Shown piece after piece: positions 46,362 to 58,063 of a stretch of 64,000 nucleotides of DNA. Source of the stretch: Selaginella moellendorffii (lineage: Eukaryota; Plantae; Lycopodiophyta). The notes under the pieces were generated by a model. It was given only the letters and a program-made list of their open reading frames with translations. It searched no databases and had not been told where the DNA came from. The position numbers and the translations under genes were made by a program. Position 1 is the stretch's first letter, and every line of letters starts with the position of its first letter. The DNA lies in assembly GCF_000143415.4 (NCBI RefSeq), contig NW_003314270.1, positions 1,915,048-1,979,047 of the forward strand. The letters are read 5' to 3'.

Positions 46362-48116
46362 ATGGAATGTCTGCTGCGTCCAAGAACAAGAATTGGGATT
46401 TCTGCGAGATCGCATCCTAAATGGGTCGCCAGGAAAGAGTTCCTTGGATCCAATCCGATCAAACAGTGGTGTAGTTCTTCTTGTTCTCCGGCTGCCGACG
46501 CTATCAGGGAAAAGAGGGCGGTGTCCACCACTGTTTGCGCGGTCCGGGAGCCCGAGTATGTGGAGGACAAGAAGCTGGAGAGGAGCAGTGGAATCCAAAG
46601 CATCGAGGTCGGTTCTCACTGTTTGTTCTTATCGATCGAGAGATTCCTGAGTTTGTTTTGTTTGATTTCCACAGGGAGCAAAGTGGGATCCCGACGCACT
46701 GTTTCTCAAAGACGCCAGTGAGCCTCTCTGGGAGCAACTTAGCTTAACGTTTCGCGTCGTGTATGGACTCGGTGAGTGTGAAGTTTTCTTTCTAGAAATC
46801 CACAAACCATGACCTCCTCTTTCTTGAATCATAGCTATGGTGGCTAACTTTGAGCTCTCGCTCGCAGGCTTGTATGCAGGGCTAGCGTTTGTTGGCCAAG
46901 CCATTTGTAAGGTGATTGGTATAGATTGCTGGGGTGGCTTTGAGATATCTCCAGAGGCTGTGTTGGATGGCCTCGGCTACGCAGTCGTGCCTATGCTGGC
47001 TTTACTCTTTATCCAAGACGTAAGCTCTTCCGAAAAAATTTCTATCTCCGGTTCTAAGTTGCGCGTATCACACATAGGATGCGATTGTCAATGCTTGGGC
47101 ACCCGCTAGAGCTGTGCGTGATGTCGAGGACGGAGAACTTATGGAGTATTTCGAGGGAATGGGGTGGCAGGTACTTAGTTTTTTGTTCTCTTCTCAACGT
47201 TGTTCGTCGATTCAAGTATTGATTATTTCACGATGTTTGCAGTTCCTCCCTATCGTTATAGCCGGAGCTCTTTCCGAAGAGATCTTCTTTAGAGTTGCTC
47301 TTCAGGTTGGTTCTTTCTACCTCCTGATTGTTGGTTTTCTAGAGAAAAAAAAAACTGATTTTTATGAATTCTTATGAATTCTTATGTAAATTTCAGGGTG
47401 GCTTTTCACATGCAATCCAAGCCAGTGCGAGTCTTAACCAAACTCCACAGGGATTGTCCGCACTGGTAAGCAAAACAAGCAAGCATTCGAGCCTCTCTTT
47501 AATCGTTTTGTTTTCTTTCAGACTGCTATAGTACCGTCCTTCGCACCGTTTGCACAGATACTGGCCGTCGTCCTGTCCTCGGCACTGACGGGCTCTATGT
47601 ACTACGTGATCACAGCTCCAAAAGGTTTGGAAATTTCGTAAACAATAGCCAGCTTGACTGAAAAAGGTGTACTTTGGTTGCAGATCCAACTTATGTGATT
47701 GCACCGGTCTCCCGTGGAAAACAGGCTCTGAAAGACATGAGGAAGCGATTTGAAGGTTTGTGTGCGGCGTTCTTCCGGTCCAGTTTGTGAGAACAAGTGT
47801 CCATTTGCAGTGTGGAACGAGAGGAGAACGATGAAGAAGATTTACTCTCCCCTCATGGAATCACTGTTGGCACTCTACCTTGGATTCGAGTGGCTACAGG
47901 TATGCACAAAAAAGGACTAACTATTTTCTCTTGCACAAAGTTCACTTTTCTTCCATTTTTTTCTTCTCACAGACTGGGAACATATTGGCACCAATGGTCA
48001 CTCATCTTGTTTACTCCAACGTCGTCGTTGGCAATGGGCTTTTGAGGCTGCATTATCAGAGGCTAAAGCTCAGGCAACGGGTTGCAAGCATTATGGGTTA
48101 CAGGAAAGATCTGTGA
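46362..48116 (+). CDS. CPBP/CAAX amino-terminal protease family protein (Abi), probably plastid-targeted
   Basis: ARAVRDVEDGEL, ALSEEIFFRVALQGG, QTGNILAPMVTHLVYS. Multi-exon. Confidence 0.82.
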
Positions 48117-48358
48117 GTGTTTTTACAAGTATTAAGGAGTACACCGCATAGCCGAGGATGTATATTAAGACACACAGTTTTGATAGCATTATAACGAACG
48201 GTCGCTCGCTCTGTACAGAAAATAGCTATGTCAAGCTTTGAGAAAAATGAGTATATATATATTTGCTATCGAATTTATATTGCAAGCATGTTGATTTACT
48301 GATAGAAATTCTTTACAAAATGATTTATCTGCCAATTCAAACAATTTGAGTCTCTACT

Positions 48359-50557
48359 ATGACGTCTTCAACGGCGGAGAGATCTCGTTATGCTTCGCTT
48401 ATTCGGTCATGCACAGACTCGCAAGACCTCGCGAGCGCCAAAAATCTTCATGCGCTTATTGCTTCCAGTGCTCAAGTCCATAACAGATATCTGGCAAATC
48501 TCCTCATCAATATGTACGCCAAGTGCGGCAGCCCCGCCGATGCCCTCGCCGTTTTCGGCCAGATCGAGCAGCCGAACGTCTTCTCCTGGAATCTTATACT
48601 TTCTGCATTTGCCCGTAACGGGCATCTGCAGGAATCTAGGAATATTTTTGATAGCATTCCTCGTCCTGATGCCGTTTCTTGGAACACCATCATCTCCGCC
48701 TACACAAGCAAGAGAGAAATCAGCGAAGCGAGAGCCTTGTTTGATCGGTCTCCATGCAAAAACACTGTGTCATGGAACTCGATAATCTCGGGGTATGCCG
48801 AGAACGGGTATTTGTACGAAGCGAAGAGTTTGTTTGATCGAATTCCAGAGCCAAACGCTGCGTCCTGGAACGCCATGCTGAATGCGTATGCTCAAAGCGC
48901 TCACATCGACGAGGCGAGGGAGTTGTTTGAGCGAATGCCCGTGAAGAATGTTGTGGCGTGGACGACGATGGTGGCGATGTTTGCCCAGAACGGAGAATTG
49001 CATCGAGCGCGGGAGCTTTTCGAGAGGATGCCAGACAGAAATGTGGTGTCTTGGACGACCATGGTGCAAGCCTATGCCCAAAACGCTCAGATCGACGAGG
49101 CAAAGCGGCTGTTTGATAGAATCCCAAATCCCAACACCATCTCCTGGAACGTCATGCTCCTCGCATACTCCCACAATGGGCATTTGGAGAAAGCCGAAAG
49201 CTTGTTCAAGGAGATGCCAAATCCAAACACCGTGTCTTGGAACGCGATGATCCAAGCATACATTTCTAGCAATCGCGAGCTCCATCGAGCGAGAGATTTG
49301 TTTGAGAAAATGCCATCCCCGGACGTGGTGTCGTGGACTTCGATGGTTTCAGCATATGCGAAGTCTGGAAACATTGGCGAGGCGAGGAACTTGTTTGATC
49401 GAATGCCCGCAAAGAACACGGTATCGTGGAACACCATGATCTCGGCCTATGCGGAGAATGGATTGTTGATCGAGGCGGAGAAACTCTTTAGCGAAATTTC
49501 AGCGAGAGGAGCGAGTACCTGGACGACCATGATGGCTGCTTACAGCCAAAACTCCATGAACGATCGAGCACTTCGATGCTTCTCTCTCATGGATCACGAA
49601 GGAGTTTCTCCGGATCTCGTCGCGTACTCCACTGCGCTTAGCGTTTGCTCGGCTTTGAAGTCTCTAGAAAGAGGCCAAGAGATCCACTCGAGCTTTGTCA
49701 CCAGCGGGCTGGAACCGGATCAAACTCTCGGTAACACTCTCGTAGATTTGTACTCCAAGTGTGGCTGCATGGAGAGATCCCAGGAAGAGTTCGATCGAAT
49801 GCCCAAACACGATATCACGTCGTGGACTTTGCTCATCGCTGGATACACGATCAATGCCCGAGCCAAGACGAGCATAAAAGTTTTTGCCGCTATGGATCAA
49901 GCCGGCTTCCATCCCGACAACTTTAGCTTCGTTGCAGCCTTCGAAGCGTGTGGAAGCTTGGCATCTGTAGCTCTGGTCAGGATCCTCCATGAAACTTACG
50001 AGACGAGCAAGAACGAGCCCGATCTCGTGCTGGAAAACTCGCTGATAGATCTCTACTCGAAGTGTGCTCACCTCCAAGGATCGAAGACCGTGTTCGATGG
50101 CATGAAACACCGAGACCTGGTCTCCTGGAGCACGATGATCACTGCCTTTGTCCAGAGCGGCCGTCCGCAAGAAGCCCTCGATCTCTTCATGGAGATGATC
50201 AGCGAGGGATTCGAGCCGGACTACGTGAACTTCATCACGGTTCTCACGGCTTGTAGCCATCTCGGCGAACTCAAGAGGGCCCTGGACTATTTCGCGTCCA
50301 TAACCGTGGATCACCACGTAAATCTCGTGAGAGAACACTACCACTGCGTGATCGACTTGCTCGCGCGCGCCGGGAAGCTGAGAGAGGCCGAGGATCTCAT
50401 AAAAAACATGCCTTTTGAGCCGGGTGAGGTCGCTTGGATGTCGCTGCTATCTTCGTGTAGAACACACCGTGAAAGCTCGCAGCGAGCGGCGGCTATGGCT
50501 TCCAAGCTCGATTCCTCGTCTTATGTAATGCTATCAAACATTTGTATAGAAGTTTAA
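48359..50557 (+). CDS. PLS-class PPR protein with truncated E domain (732 aa)
   Basis: LINMYAKCG, repeated VSWN/VSWT..AYA.NG, EHYHCVIDLLARAGKL…WMSLLSSC…SSYVMLSNI. Confidence 0.95.
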   Translation: MTSSTAERSRYASLIRSCTDSQDLASAKNLHALIASSAQVHNRYLANLLINMYAKCGSPADALAVFGQIEQPNVFSWNLILSAFARNGHLQESRNIFDSIPRPDAVSWNTIISAYTSKREISEARALFDRSPCKNTVSWNSIISGYAENGYLYEAKSLFDRIPEPNAASWNAMLNAYAQSAHIDEARELFERMPVKNVVAWTTMVAMFAQNGELHRARELFERMPDRNVVSWTTMVQAYAQNAQIDEAKRLFDRIPNPNTISWNVMLLAYSHNGHLEKAESLFKEMPNPNTVSWNAMIQAYISSNRELHRARDLFEKMPSPDVVSWTSMVSAYAKSGNIGEARNLFDRMPAKNTVSWNTMISAYAENGLLIEAEKLFSEISARGASTWTTMMAAYSQNSMNDRALRCFSLMDHEGVSPDLVAYSTALSVCSALKSLERGQEIHSSFVTSGLEPDQTLGNTLVDLYSKCGCMERSQEEFDRMPKHDITSWTLLIAGYTINARAKTSIKVFAAMDQAGFHPDNFSFVAAFEACGSLASVALVRILHETYETSKNEPDLVLENSLIDLYSKCAHLQGSKTVFDGMKHRDLVSWSTMITAFVQSGRPQEALDLFMEMISEGFEPDYVNFITVLTACSHLGELKRALDYFASITVDHHVNLVREHYHCVIDLLARAGKLREAEDLIKNMPFEPGEVAWMSLLSSCRTHRESSQRAAAMASKLDSSSYVMLSNICIEV

Positions 50558-50744
50558 TCCGGCAAATCCAACGGCATGTGGCCTGCCACGTGTTGACACT
50601 AAAAGGTATCGAGTTCGACTCTCAAGGATGAAAAAGCTTAGATTTAAAGGGAGTCCAAGGTTCGATTCCTAAAGGCTCGAGAAACTTTTCTTTAGGCTTT
50701 AATTCTCTATCTATTTGCAAGGCGTGGAGGGAGAGGAGGAGGCG

Positions 50745-51426
50745 ATGGCGGGCATCGCCGGATTCTTCACGCGCAAAGAGCCGGCGGAAGAGAATCAGGT
50801 GTGTAGATCCGGGAAATGAGCCGCGCGGTTCTGGAAATCCTTGTGCATCGATGCGATTTAGGTCTGAAAATGGGCAATGTGCTGCTGACAGGTTCCATTT
50901 TGGAGCAATCCCGAGCGAGCTGGTTGGCTCATGAAGCAGGGTAAGGTAGTCCTCTAAAGTTCCCTCTTTTCCCGAGAATTAATCTCTGCAATAGGAGAGT
51001 ACATTAAAACTTGGAGAAGACGCTGGTTTGTTCTTAAGCAAGGAAGGCTTTTCTGGTTCAAGGAGAGCACTATCACTCAGGTTGGAGATTTTCCTTTATT
51101 TTCTCTAGACTTTTCTTTCGTCCTTTCATCTTGTCTTTTGCAGTACTCTAGACCACGAGGAGTGATTCTTGTGAGCGGATGTCTGACTGTGAAAGGAGCC
51201 GAGGACGTTCTAAACCGGCAGCACGCATTTGAATTGTCCACGAACAAGGAGACGATGTATTTTATCGCGGACTCGGACAAGGTCTGGCCGTCTTTAGCTC
51301 AATAGATCATGCTTCACGTTTAACTTGCAAATCACGCAGGAAAAAGAGGACTGGATCAACTCTATCGGGAGATCAATCGTCCGGCACTCCAGGTCCATAA
51401 CGGAGACGGAGGTTCTCGACTATTAG
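50745..51426 (+). CDS. PH1: Pleckstrin-homology-only protein (PH1-like), 5 exons
   Basis: [31 protein letters not shown]…CLTVKGAEDVLN…EKEDWINSIGRSIVRHSRS. Confidence 0.9.
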
Positions 51427-51679
51427 CTAAGTAATGGCGTCGGTTCTCTCGTTTGGATTATATAATAGCTTGCGTGGCTAAGATGAAGTGTGTGTACAGT
51501 AGGCAGCAGCCCGTCTCTCAATTTATCTATCCCTGGAAACTTCATCCCTTGTCTGGGCTTGTCTGGAACTCAAGTGCATAGTCAGCGTATATGGGCTGCT
51601 TTTAGTTGCTACTTGGTAGCTTCCCTTGCATCGTACTTCTCCTCTTTTTTCAATTTCAGTGATGCACAGAGGGTAACTT

Positions 51680-53554
51680 ATGGATTCTAGTAGCATCTCT
51701 CTGAGTGTCTGGGATGAGTCCTCTCAACTAGATCTAGTAGATACCTCCTCATCGCAACGGCAGGAGCCTACCAGTTCAGCGATTGTGCCGCAGGAAACCG
51801 TCGGTGCTTCACGGTATCGCGAGTTTATCGATAGAGTTTTATGGAACGGAGGATCGTCTTTCGATGCCTGGCTCAACGCAGCGTCTTTTCAGGTTCGTGT
51901 GAGCTTTCTTTCTCCAGGTTCTTCTCACCGCTTTGTTCTTGCAGGTGTCTCAAGTCTTGCTCAATCTCCCATTCACATTCGCTCAGATGGGAATGGCATC
52001 AGGCATTACTTTCCAATTGCTCTATGGCATGATGGGGTCCTGGGTTTCTTACATCATGACCAGCGTGTACCTCACTTATCTAGCAACGCAAGGCTCGCAG
52101 CAGAAGAAAAACCACGTTGTTCAGGTTTGTATCAGTGCGATCTCGCAGAGTGCTCTTGGTTGACATTCCCTTCCAGTGGTATGAAGTTATGGAGTTTTTC
52201 CTCGGGCCTTGGGGCAAGGGAGCGACATTGCTATTATACTTTTGCGGCTTGTCTTCCGCTGCCATGATCCAAATGGTAGCCTGTGCGAGGTGTGCTTGAT
52301 TTTCTAATGCTTTTCAATTCTCTGCCTTTATCCTGGATAGCATTGCAGTGCCGCGTACTATATCAATGATAATCTGGACAAACGGACATGGACCCTTGTC
52401 CTGGGGCCGTTCATGTTTCTGGGTGTTTTGCTCCCCTCGCCGCGTAATTATCGGATGTGGTCTTTTGCTGGGATTATCATGACGACATATGTGGCTTGGT
52501 ATTTAACCATTGCTGCAGCAGTCCACGGGAGAGTAAGCCGTTTGACAATGCTAAAGTCACTGTGCTGAATCTTGGGAATTTGCAGGATCCGGGGGTGAAG
52601 CACACTGGTCCTCATAGCCTGGAAAACTATTTTTTGGGCGCATCTAACATAATCTACACATTTGGAGGACACGGACTGACAGTGTACGTCTTCATATTCC
52701 TTTCTTTCTGCATTTAAGTTCTCTTAACGGTTTGACAATGTTGTTTTCGTTACCGTGCCAACAGTGAACTTGCAGGGTCAATGTGGAAGCCAAGAGATTT
52801 CAAGCGAGTGTATTTTTATGCTGTCTTATATACTCTCACCTTGACGCTACCATCTGCATCAACTGTATACTGGGCTTTTGGCGATAGGATGCTGCACAAC
52901 GCTAACGCCTTCGCTGTTCTTCCCAGGACGAAGTTCCGCGATGCCGCGGTAGTGCTGATTATCATCCACCAGGTTTGTCAAAGAGTGTTTATCCTTTTTT
53001 CTTTGTGTGTGCCATTGTTCTAACTCTTTTATCTTGCAGTTCTTTGAATTTGGTCTCGTAGCGTTGCCATTCTTCATTATGTGTGAGAAGCTTTTTGGGA
53101 TTCACCACTCGAATTACTACCTGTTAAAAGTGGCTGCCAGGATACCGGTTTTTCTCCTCATATGGTTTTGTGCGATTATGCTGCCTTTCTTTGGTCCCAT
53201 CGACTCCTTCAACGGTTCCTTTTTTACAACGCTCGCTGTTTACTTCCTTCCATGCCTTGTGCATATGATCGTCTTCAGAAGTGAGAAGGCACGCAAGGTA
53301 AATGGTTTTTGTTTCCCTTTGCATGTTGGTAACTTAACAATGGCTTTTTGTTTTCTTAAAAGAGTTCATTTGAGCAACCTCCATTCTGGATACGCAGCTG
53401 GGCTGGAATGTATTGCATCAATCTGGGAGTGATTTTGTGGGTGGTGGTGGTGGGTGTTGGGATTGGAGGATGGGCAACGATTTCCAATTTGACAAGACAA
53501 GTGCGAAGCTTTGGGCTTTTTGCGAGGTGTTACCAGTGTCCACCAAAGTCTTGA
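51680..53554 (+). CDS. AUX1/LAX-family permease, divergent, copy 1
   Basis: LWNGGSSFDAW…QVLLNLPF, YYINDNLDKRTWT, NIIYTFGGH, MWKPRDFK, FARCYQCPP. Exon structure is AUX1-like. Confidence 0.9.
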
Positions 53555-53621
53555 CGTCAGGAAGTTTTTTAGTGGAAGAGGTTCTTCCTGTAAACAAACC
53601 ATATATTACGTGGTCGCATGT

Positions 53622-53649
53622 CCGCGGGTTCGATCCCCGGCAACGGCGG
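53622..53649 (+). pseudogene. tRNA-Asp-like 3' half (T arm + acceptor 3' strand); decayed twin at ~56094-56121
   Basis: CGGGTTCGATCCCCGGCAACGGCG matches the 3' end of plant tRNA-Asp(GTC). No 5' half present. Confidence 0.6.
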
Positions 53650-53871
53650 ATTAACAATCCGTGGTAACAACTCCCAAGCCCGAGGGACCATCGGTGTTGA
53701 AGATGGAAAAGGTTCGTTGGAGGCACTCTAGTTTCATATTTGATTGTGGTGGTTTGGACGTGATCAATTCTTGCACCCTTATGGATTGACACTGTAACCA
53801 ACTGGACAAGTGCGTGCTCTCTCTCGCATGCTCTCTCTCTCTCTCTTTCTCTCTCTCTCCCTCTCCCCTAT

Positions 53872-53990
53872 CATGAACAAGAGCAAAGACTACGGCTTCT
53901 TGGGCTTCAAGAACACCGAGAAGTCCATCTGCTTGTGGATCCAGAAAATGAAGGATAAAAAAATCATACTTAGTGACTGCTTCAAGATTG
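53872..53990 (+). pseudogene. PRISE/VEP1 extreme 3' fragment
   Basis: MNKSKDYGFLGFKNTEKSICLWIQKMKDKKII, which matches 57967-58050. Confidence 0.75.
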
Positions 53991-54154
53991 AAGTGTGTGT
54001 ACAGTAAGCAGCAGCCCGTCTCTCAATTTATCTATCCCTGGAAACTTCATTCCTTGTCTGGGCTTGTTTAGAAGTCAAGTCCATAATCAGCTACTTGGTA
54101 GCTTCCCTTGCATCGTACTTCTCCTCTTTTTTCAATTTCAGTGATGCACAGAGT

Positions 54155-56026
54155 ATGGATTCTAGTAGCATCTCTCTGAGTGTCTGGGATGAGTCCTCTC
54201 AACTAGATCTAGTAGATACCTCCTCATCGCAGCGGCAGGAGCCTGCCAGTTCAGCGATTGTGCCGCAGGAAACCGTCGGTGCTTCACGGTATCGCGAGTT
54301 TATCGATAGAGTTTTATGGAACGGAGGATCGTCTTTCGATGCCTGGCTCAACGCAGCGTCTTTTCAGGTTCGTGTGAGCTTTCTTTCTCCAGGTTCTTCT
54401 CACCGCTTTGTTCTTGCAGGTGTCTCAAGTCTTGCTCAATCTCCCATTCACATTCGCTCAGATGGGAATGGCATCAGGCATTACTTTCCAATTGCTCTAT
54501 GGCATGATGGGGTCCTGGGTTTCTTACATCATGACCAGCGTGTACCTCACTTATCTAGCAACGCAAAGCTCGCAGCAGAAGAAAAATCACGTTGTTCAGG
54601 TTTGTATCAGTGAGATCTCGCAGAGTGCTCTTGGCTGACCTTCCCTTCCAGTGGTATGAAGTTATGGAGTTTTTCCTCGGGCCTTGGGGCAAGGGAGCGA
54701 CATTGCTATTATACTTTTGCGGCTTGTCCTCCGGTGCCATGATCCAAATGGTAGCCTGTGCGAGGTGCTTGATTTTCTAATGCTTTTCAATTCTCTGCCT
54801 TTATCCTGGATAGCATTGCAGTGCCGCGTACTATATCAATGATAGTCTCGACAAACGGACATGGACCCTTGTCCTGGGGCCGTTCATGTTTCTGGGTGTT
54901 TTGCTCCCCTCGCCGCGTAATTATCGGATGTGGTCTTTTGCTGGGATTATCATGACGACATATGTGGCTTGGTATTTAACCATTGCTGCAGCAGTCCACG
55001 GGAGAGTAAGCCGTTTGACAATGGTAAAGTCACTGTGCTGAATCTTGGGAATTTGCAGGATCCGGGGGTGAAGCACACTGGTCCTCATAGCCTGGAAAAC
55101 TATTTTTTGGGCGCATCTAACATAATCTACACATTTGGAGGACACGGACTGACAGTGTACGTCTTCGTATTCCTTTCTTTCTGCATTTAAGCTCTCATAA
55201 CGGTTTGACAATGTTGTTTTCGTTACCGTGCCAACAGTGAACTTGCAGGGTCAATGTGGAAGCCAAGAGATTTCAAGCGAGTGTATTTTTATGTCGTCTT
55301 ATATACTCTCACCTTGACGCTACCATCTGCATCAACTGTATACTGGGCTTTTGGCGATAGGATGCTGCACAACGCTAACGCCTTCGCTGTTCTTCCCAGG
55401 ACGAAGTTCCGCGATGCCGCGGTAGTGCTGATTATCATCCACCAGGTTTGTCAAAGAGTGTTTATCCTTTTTTCTTTGTGTGTGCCATTGTTCTAACTCT
55501 TTTATCTTGCAGTTCTTTGAATTTGGTCTCTTAGCGTTGCCATTCTTCATTATGTGTGAGAAGCTTTTTGGGATTCACCACTCGAATTACTACCTGTTAA
55601 AAGTGGCTGCCAGGATACCGGTTTTTCTCCTCATATGGTTTTGTGCGATTATGCTGCCTTTCTTTGGTCCCATCGACTCCTTCAACGGTTCCTTTTTTAC
55701 AACGCTCGCTGTTTACTTCCTTCCATGCCTTGCGCATATGATCGTCTTCAGAAGTGAGAAGGCACGCAAGGTAAATGGTTTCTGTTTCCTTTGCATGTTG
55801 GTAGCTTAACAATGGCTTTTTGTTTTCTTAAAAGAGTTCATTTGAGGAACCTCCATTCTGGATACGTAGCTGGGCTGGAATGTATTGCATCAATCTGGGA
55901 GTGATTTTGTGGGTGGTGGTGGTGGGTGTTGGGATTGGAGGATGGGCAACGATTTCCAATTTGACAAGACAAGTGCGAAACTTTGGGCTTTTCGCGAGGT
56001 GTTACCAGTGTCCACCAAAGTCTTGA
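54155..56026 (+). CDS. AUX1/LAX-family permease, divergent, copy 2
   Basis: Near-identical tandem duplicate of 51680-53554 with few substitutions. Confidence 0.9.
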
Positions 56027-56726
56027 CGTCAGGAAGTTTTTTAGTGGAAGAGATTCTTCTTGTAAACAAACCATATATTACATGGTTGCATGTGCGCGGG
56101 TTCGATCCCTGGCAACGGCGGATTAACAATCCGTGGCAGCAACTCCCAAGCTTGAGGGATTATCGGTGTTGAAGATGGAAAAGGTTCGTTGTAGGAAAGT
56201 AAGATATTTTTGTGATCAAATATATAAAATATATTTTGCAACAAGAGCAAATGCATTAGATGACCACATTGGCACTTGCCTTGCTAATTTTGAAAGATTC
56301 TTTCTATGAACACATAGAGGTTGAGCAAAACAGCAGTGCAAGGAAATATTTGTGGGGCCTGAGACCTGAAGAGTCTTACTACTGTCTCTCGCTGATAGTA
56401 AGTTCCAGACAATTTGAAGTTGACAATTTTACCGCTCCAAAAGGAGGCATAACTTAAAGGAACGCAAGAAAGTACCTTAGTTTAAACAACTGCTTTAACA
56501 ACCGCAAGCCACAGTGGAAGTTGATTAATTTAGTCTCTTATTGCAAGAATCTATTTGCCGACATGGCATCAACTTACTTGTCTTAGGATTGGGATTTCCT
56601 CGACTATGTACCGCAGGAAATAAATCTCAAGAAGATTGGGCCGACCTCCTCTAGAACTCTGTGTATCTGAAGGTAAGTCACGCATTCGTTCGCAACATAA
56701 GCAGCAATGTAGCGCTTAGGAGTCGA

Positions 56727-58063
56727 ACAGCTTGATGGAAACGCTAAAAGAACCAGGTGCTCTTGGAGGGCCATGGAAGATTTATTGTGTTGCCCAAACA
56801 CCCAAAGCTAGAATGGTTCTCCCACAAGGATAGTATGGTGTCGTATATCCAGTGTGATCTTCTCCAAATTGTCACTGACTGAAGCTAGTCATATTTTCTG
56901 GTCACCTGTACAAGACAGCCGAATGAAAAAGAAAACTGCAGAGCGAATGGATTCGTGTTGCAGACACTAAATGATCATCCCAGTCACAAAAAAGCTCAAG
57001 CATGTTTGCTTGCTGATTGGAACCAAGCACTATTTAGGACCTTACTCTAGTACGATTGGCTTACAAGTCAATGATAAATGTATATGTACATTACCTTAGT
57101 CTTAAGGGGATTAAAACAACATTGAAACTCTCAAAAAAGTTAGAGAAACTACAAGCATGAACAGCCAACACTGCTCTTGGGGTGTCTGCTTGCTAGATGA
57201 CTCCACCACAAAACTTGAAGCCACCTGCTATGCTTCATGATCTGTGAAACTTGCCGTAGAACACTCTACCACCAATGTGCTTCTCCAACTTATAACTTCA
57301 TGTGAGGTGTGAACATCTTCCAACTCAAGGCTAAAATATGCTACCTTGCCTCTCACATAAGACAAGTGCGCTAACTCATCTTTGAATGAATCTTAGCCTT
57401 GCAGTAGGGACTACAGAAAGGGCACGAACCTCCTCCTAAGGGCTTATAAATTAACGAACTAACGAGGATACATGGAATTCCAAATTTTTACTACACGCAA
57501 GAGGATATCCTTTGGGGCAAATCTGACTTGGTTTGTTCATTGTGTGAATATCATCATTGGATTTGCACCTAGAAACTATGCTAACATGTTAGGATGGTTA
57601 GCAGTGTATGCTGCAATCTGCAAGAAAGAAGTTGTCTTCCCTGGCAACTTCAATAAGTGGAACAGCTTCACGAATTTATCAGCGAGCAAGAGTTGTGGGC
57701 TGCCATGAATCCAAATGCTCATAATCAAGCCTTTAACATTGATAACAAGGATCTCATCAGCTGGAAGAGGCTGTGGAACCTACTGGTTAATCTTCATATG
57801 GAAGCCCCACAGGAGTACGATGGTGGTGGTAAGAGCTTAGCAAAGATGATGCATAGTAAGGAGACAATCTAGAAGGATATTACAACCAAATACGGGCTCC
57901 TAGAGTCTAACCTTCAACCTGAAACGTGGTGGCTTTATGATCTGGTGATGAAATTGCCGCAATTGATCATGAACAACAAAGAATACAAGAAGTCCATCTG
58001 CTTGTGGATCCAGAAAATGAAGGATAAGAAAATCATACCTAGTGACTGCTTCTGGGAAGATTG
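56727..58063 (+). pseudogene. Progesterone 5-beta-reductase/iridoid synthase-like (PRISE, VEP1) pseudogene with insertion at ~57050-57500
   Basis: NSLMETLKEPGALGGPWKIYCVA, YIQCDLL, LKHVCLLIGTKHYLGP, LAVYAAICK, ELWAAMNPNAHNQAFN. Contains frameshifts and stops. Confidence 0.85.

Noticed and set aside
50605-50680. Two GTTCGA T-loop-like motifs (also GGTTCGAACCC at ~10239)
   Set aside because: No cloverleaf or A box could be built. At most these are tRNA/SINE debris.
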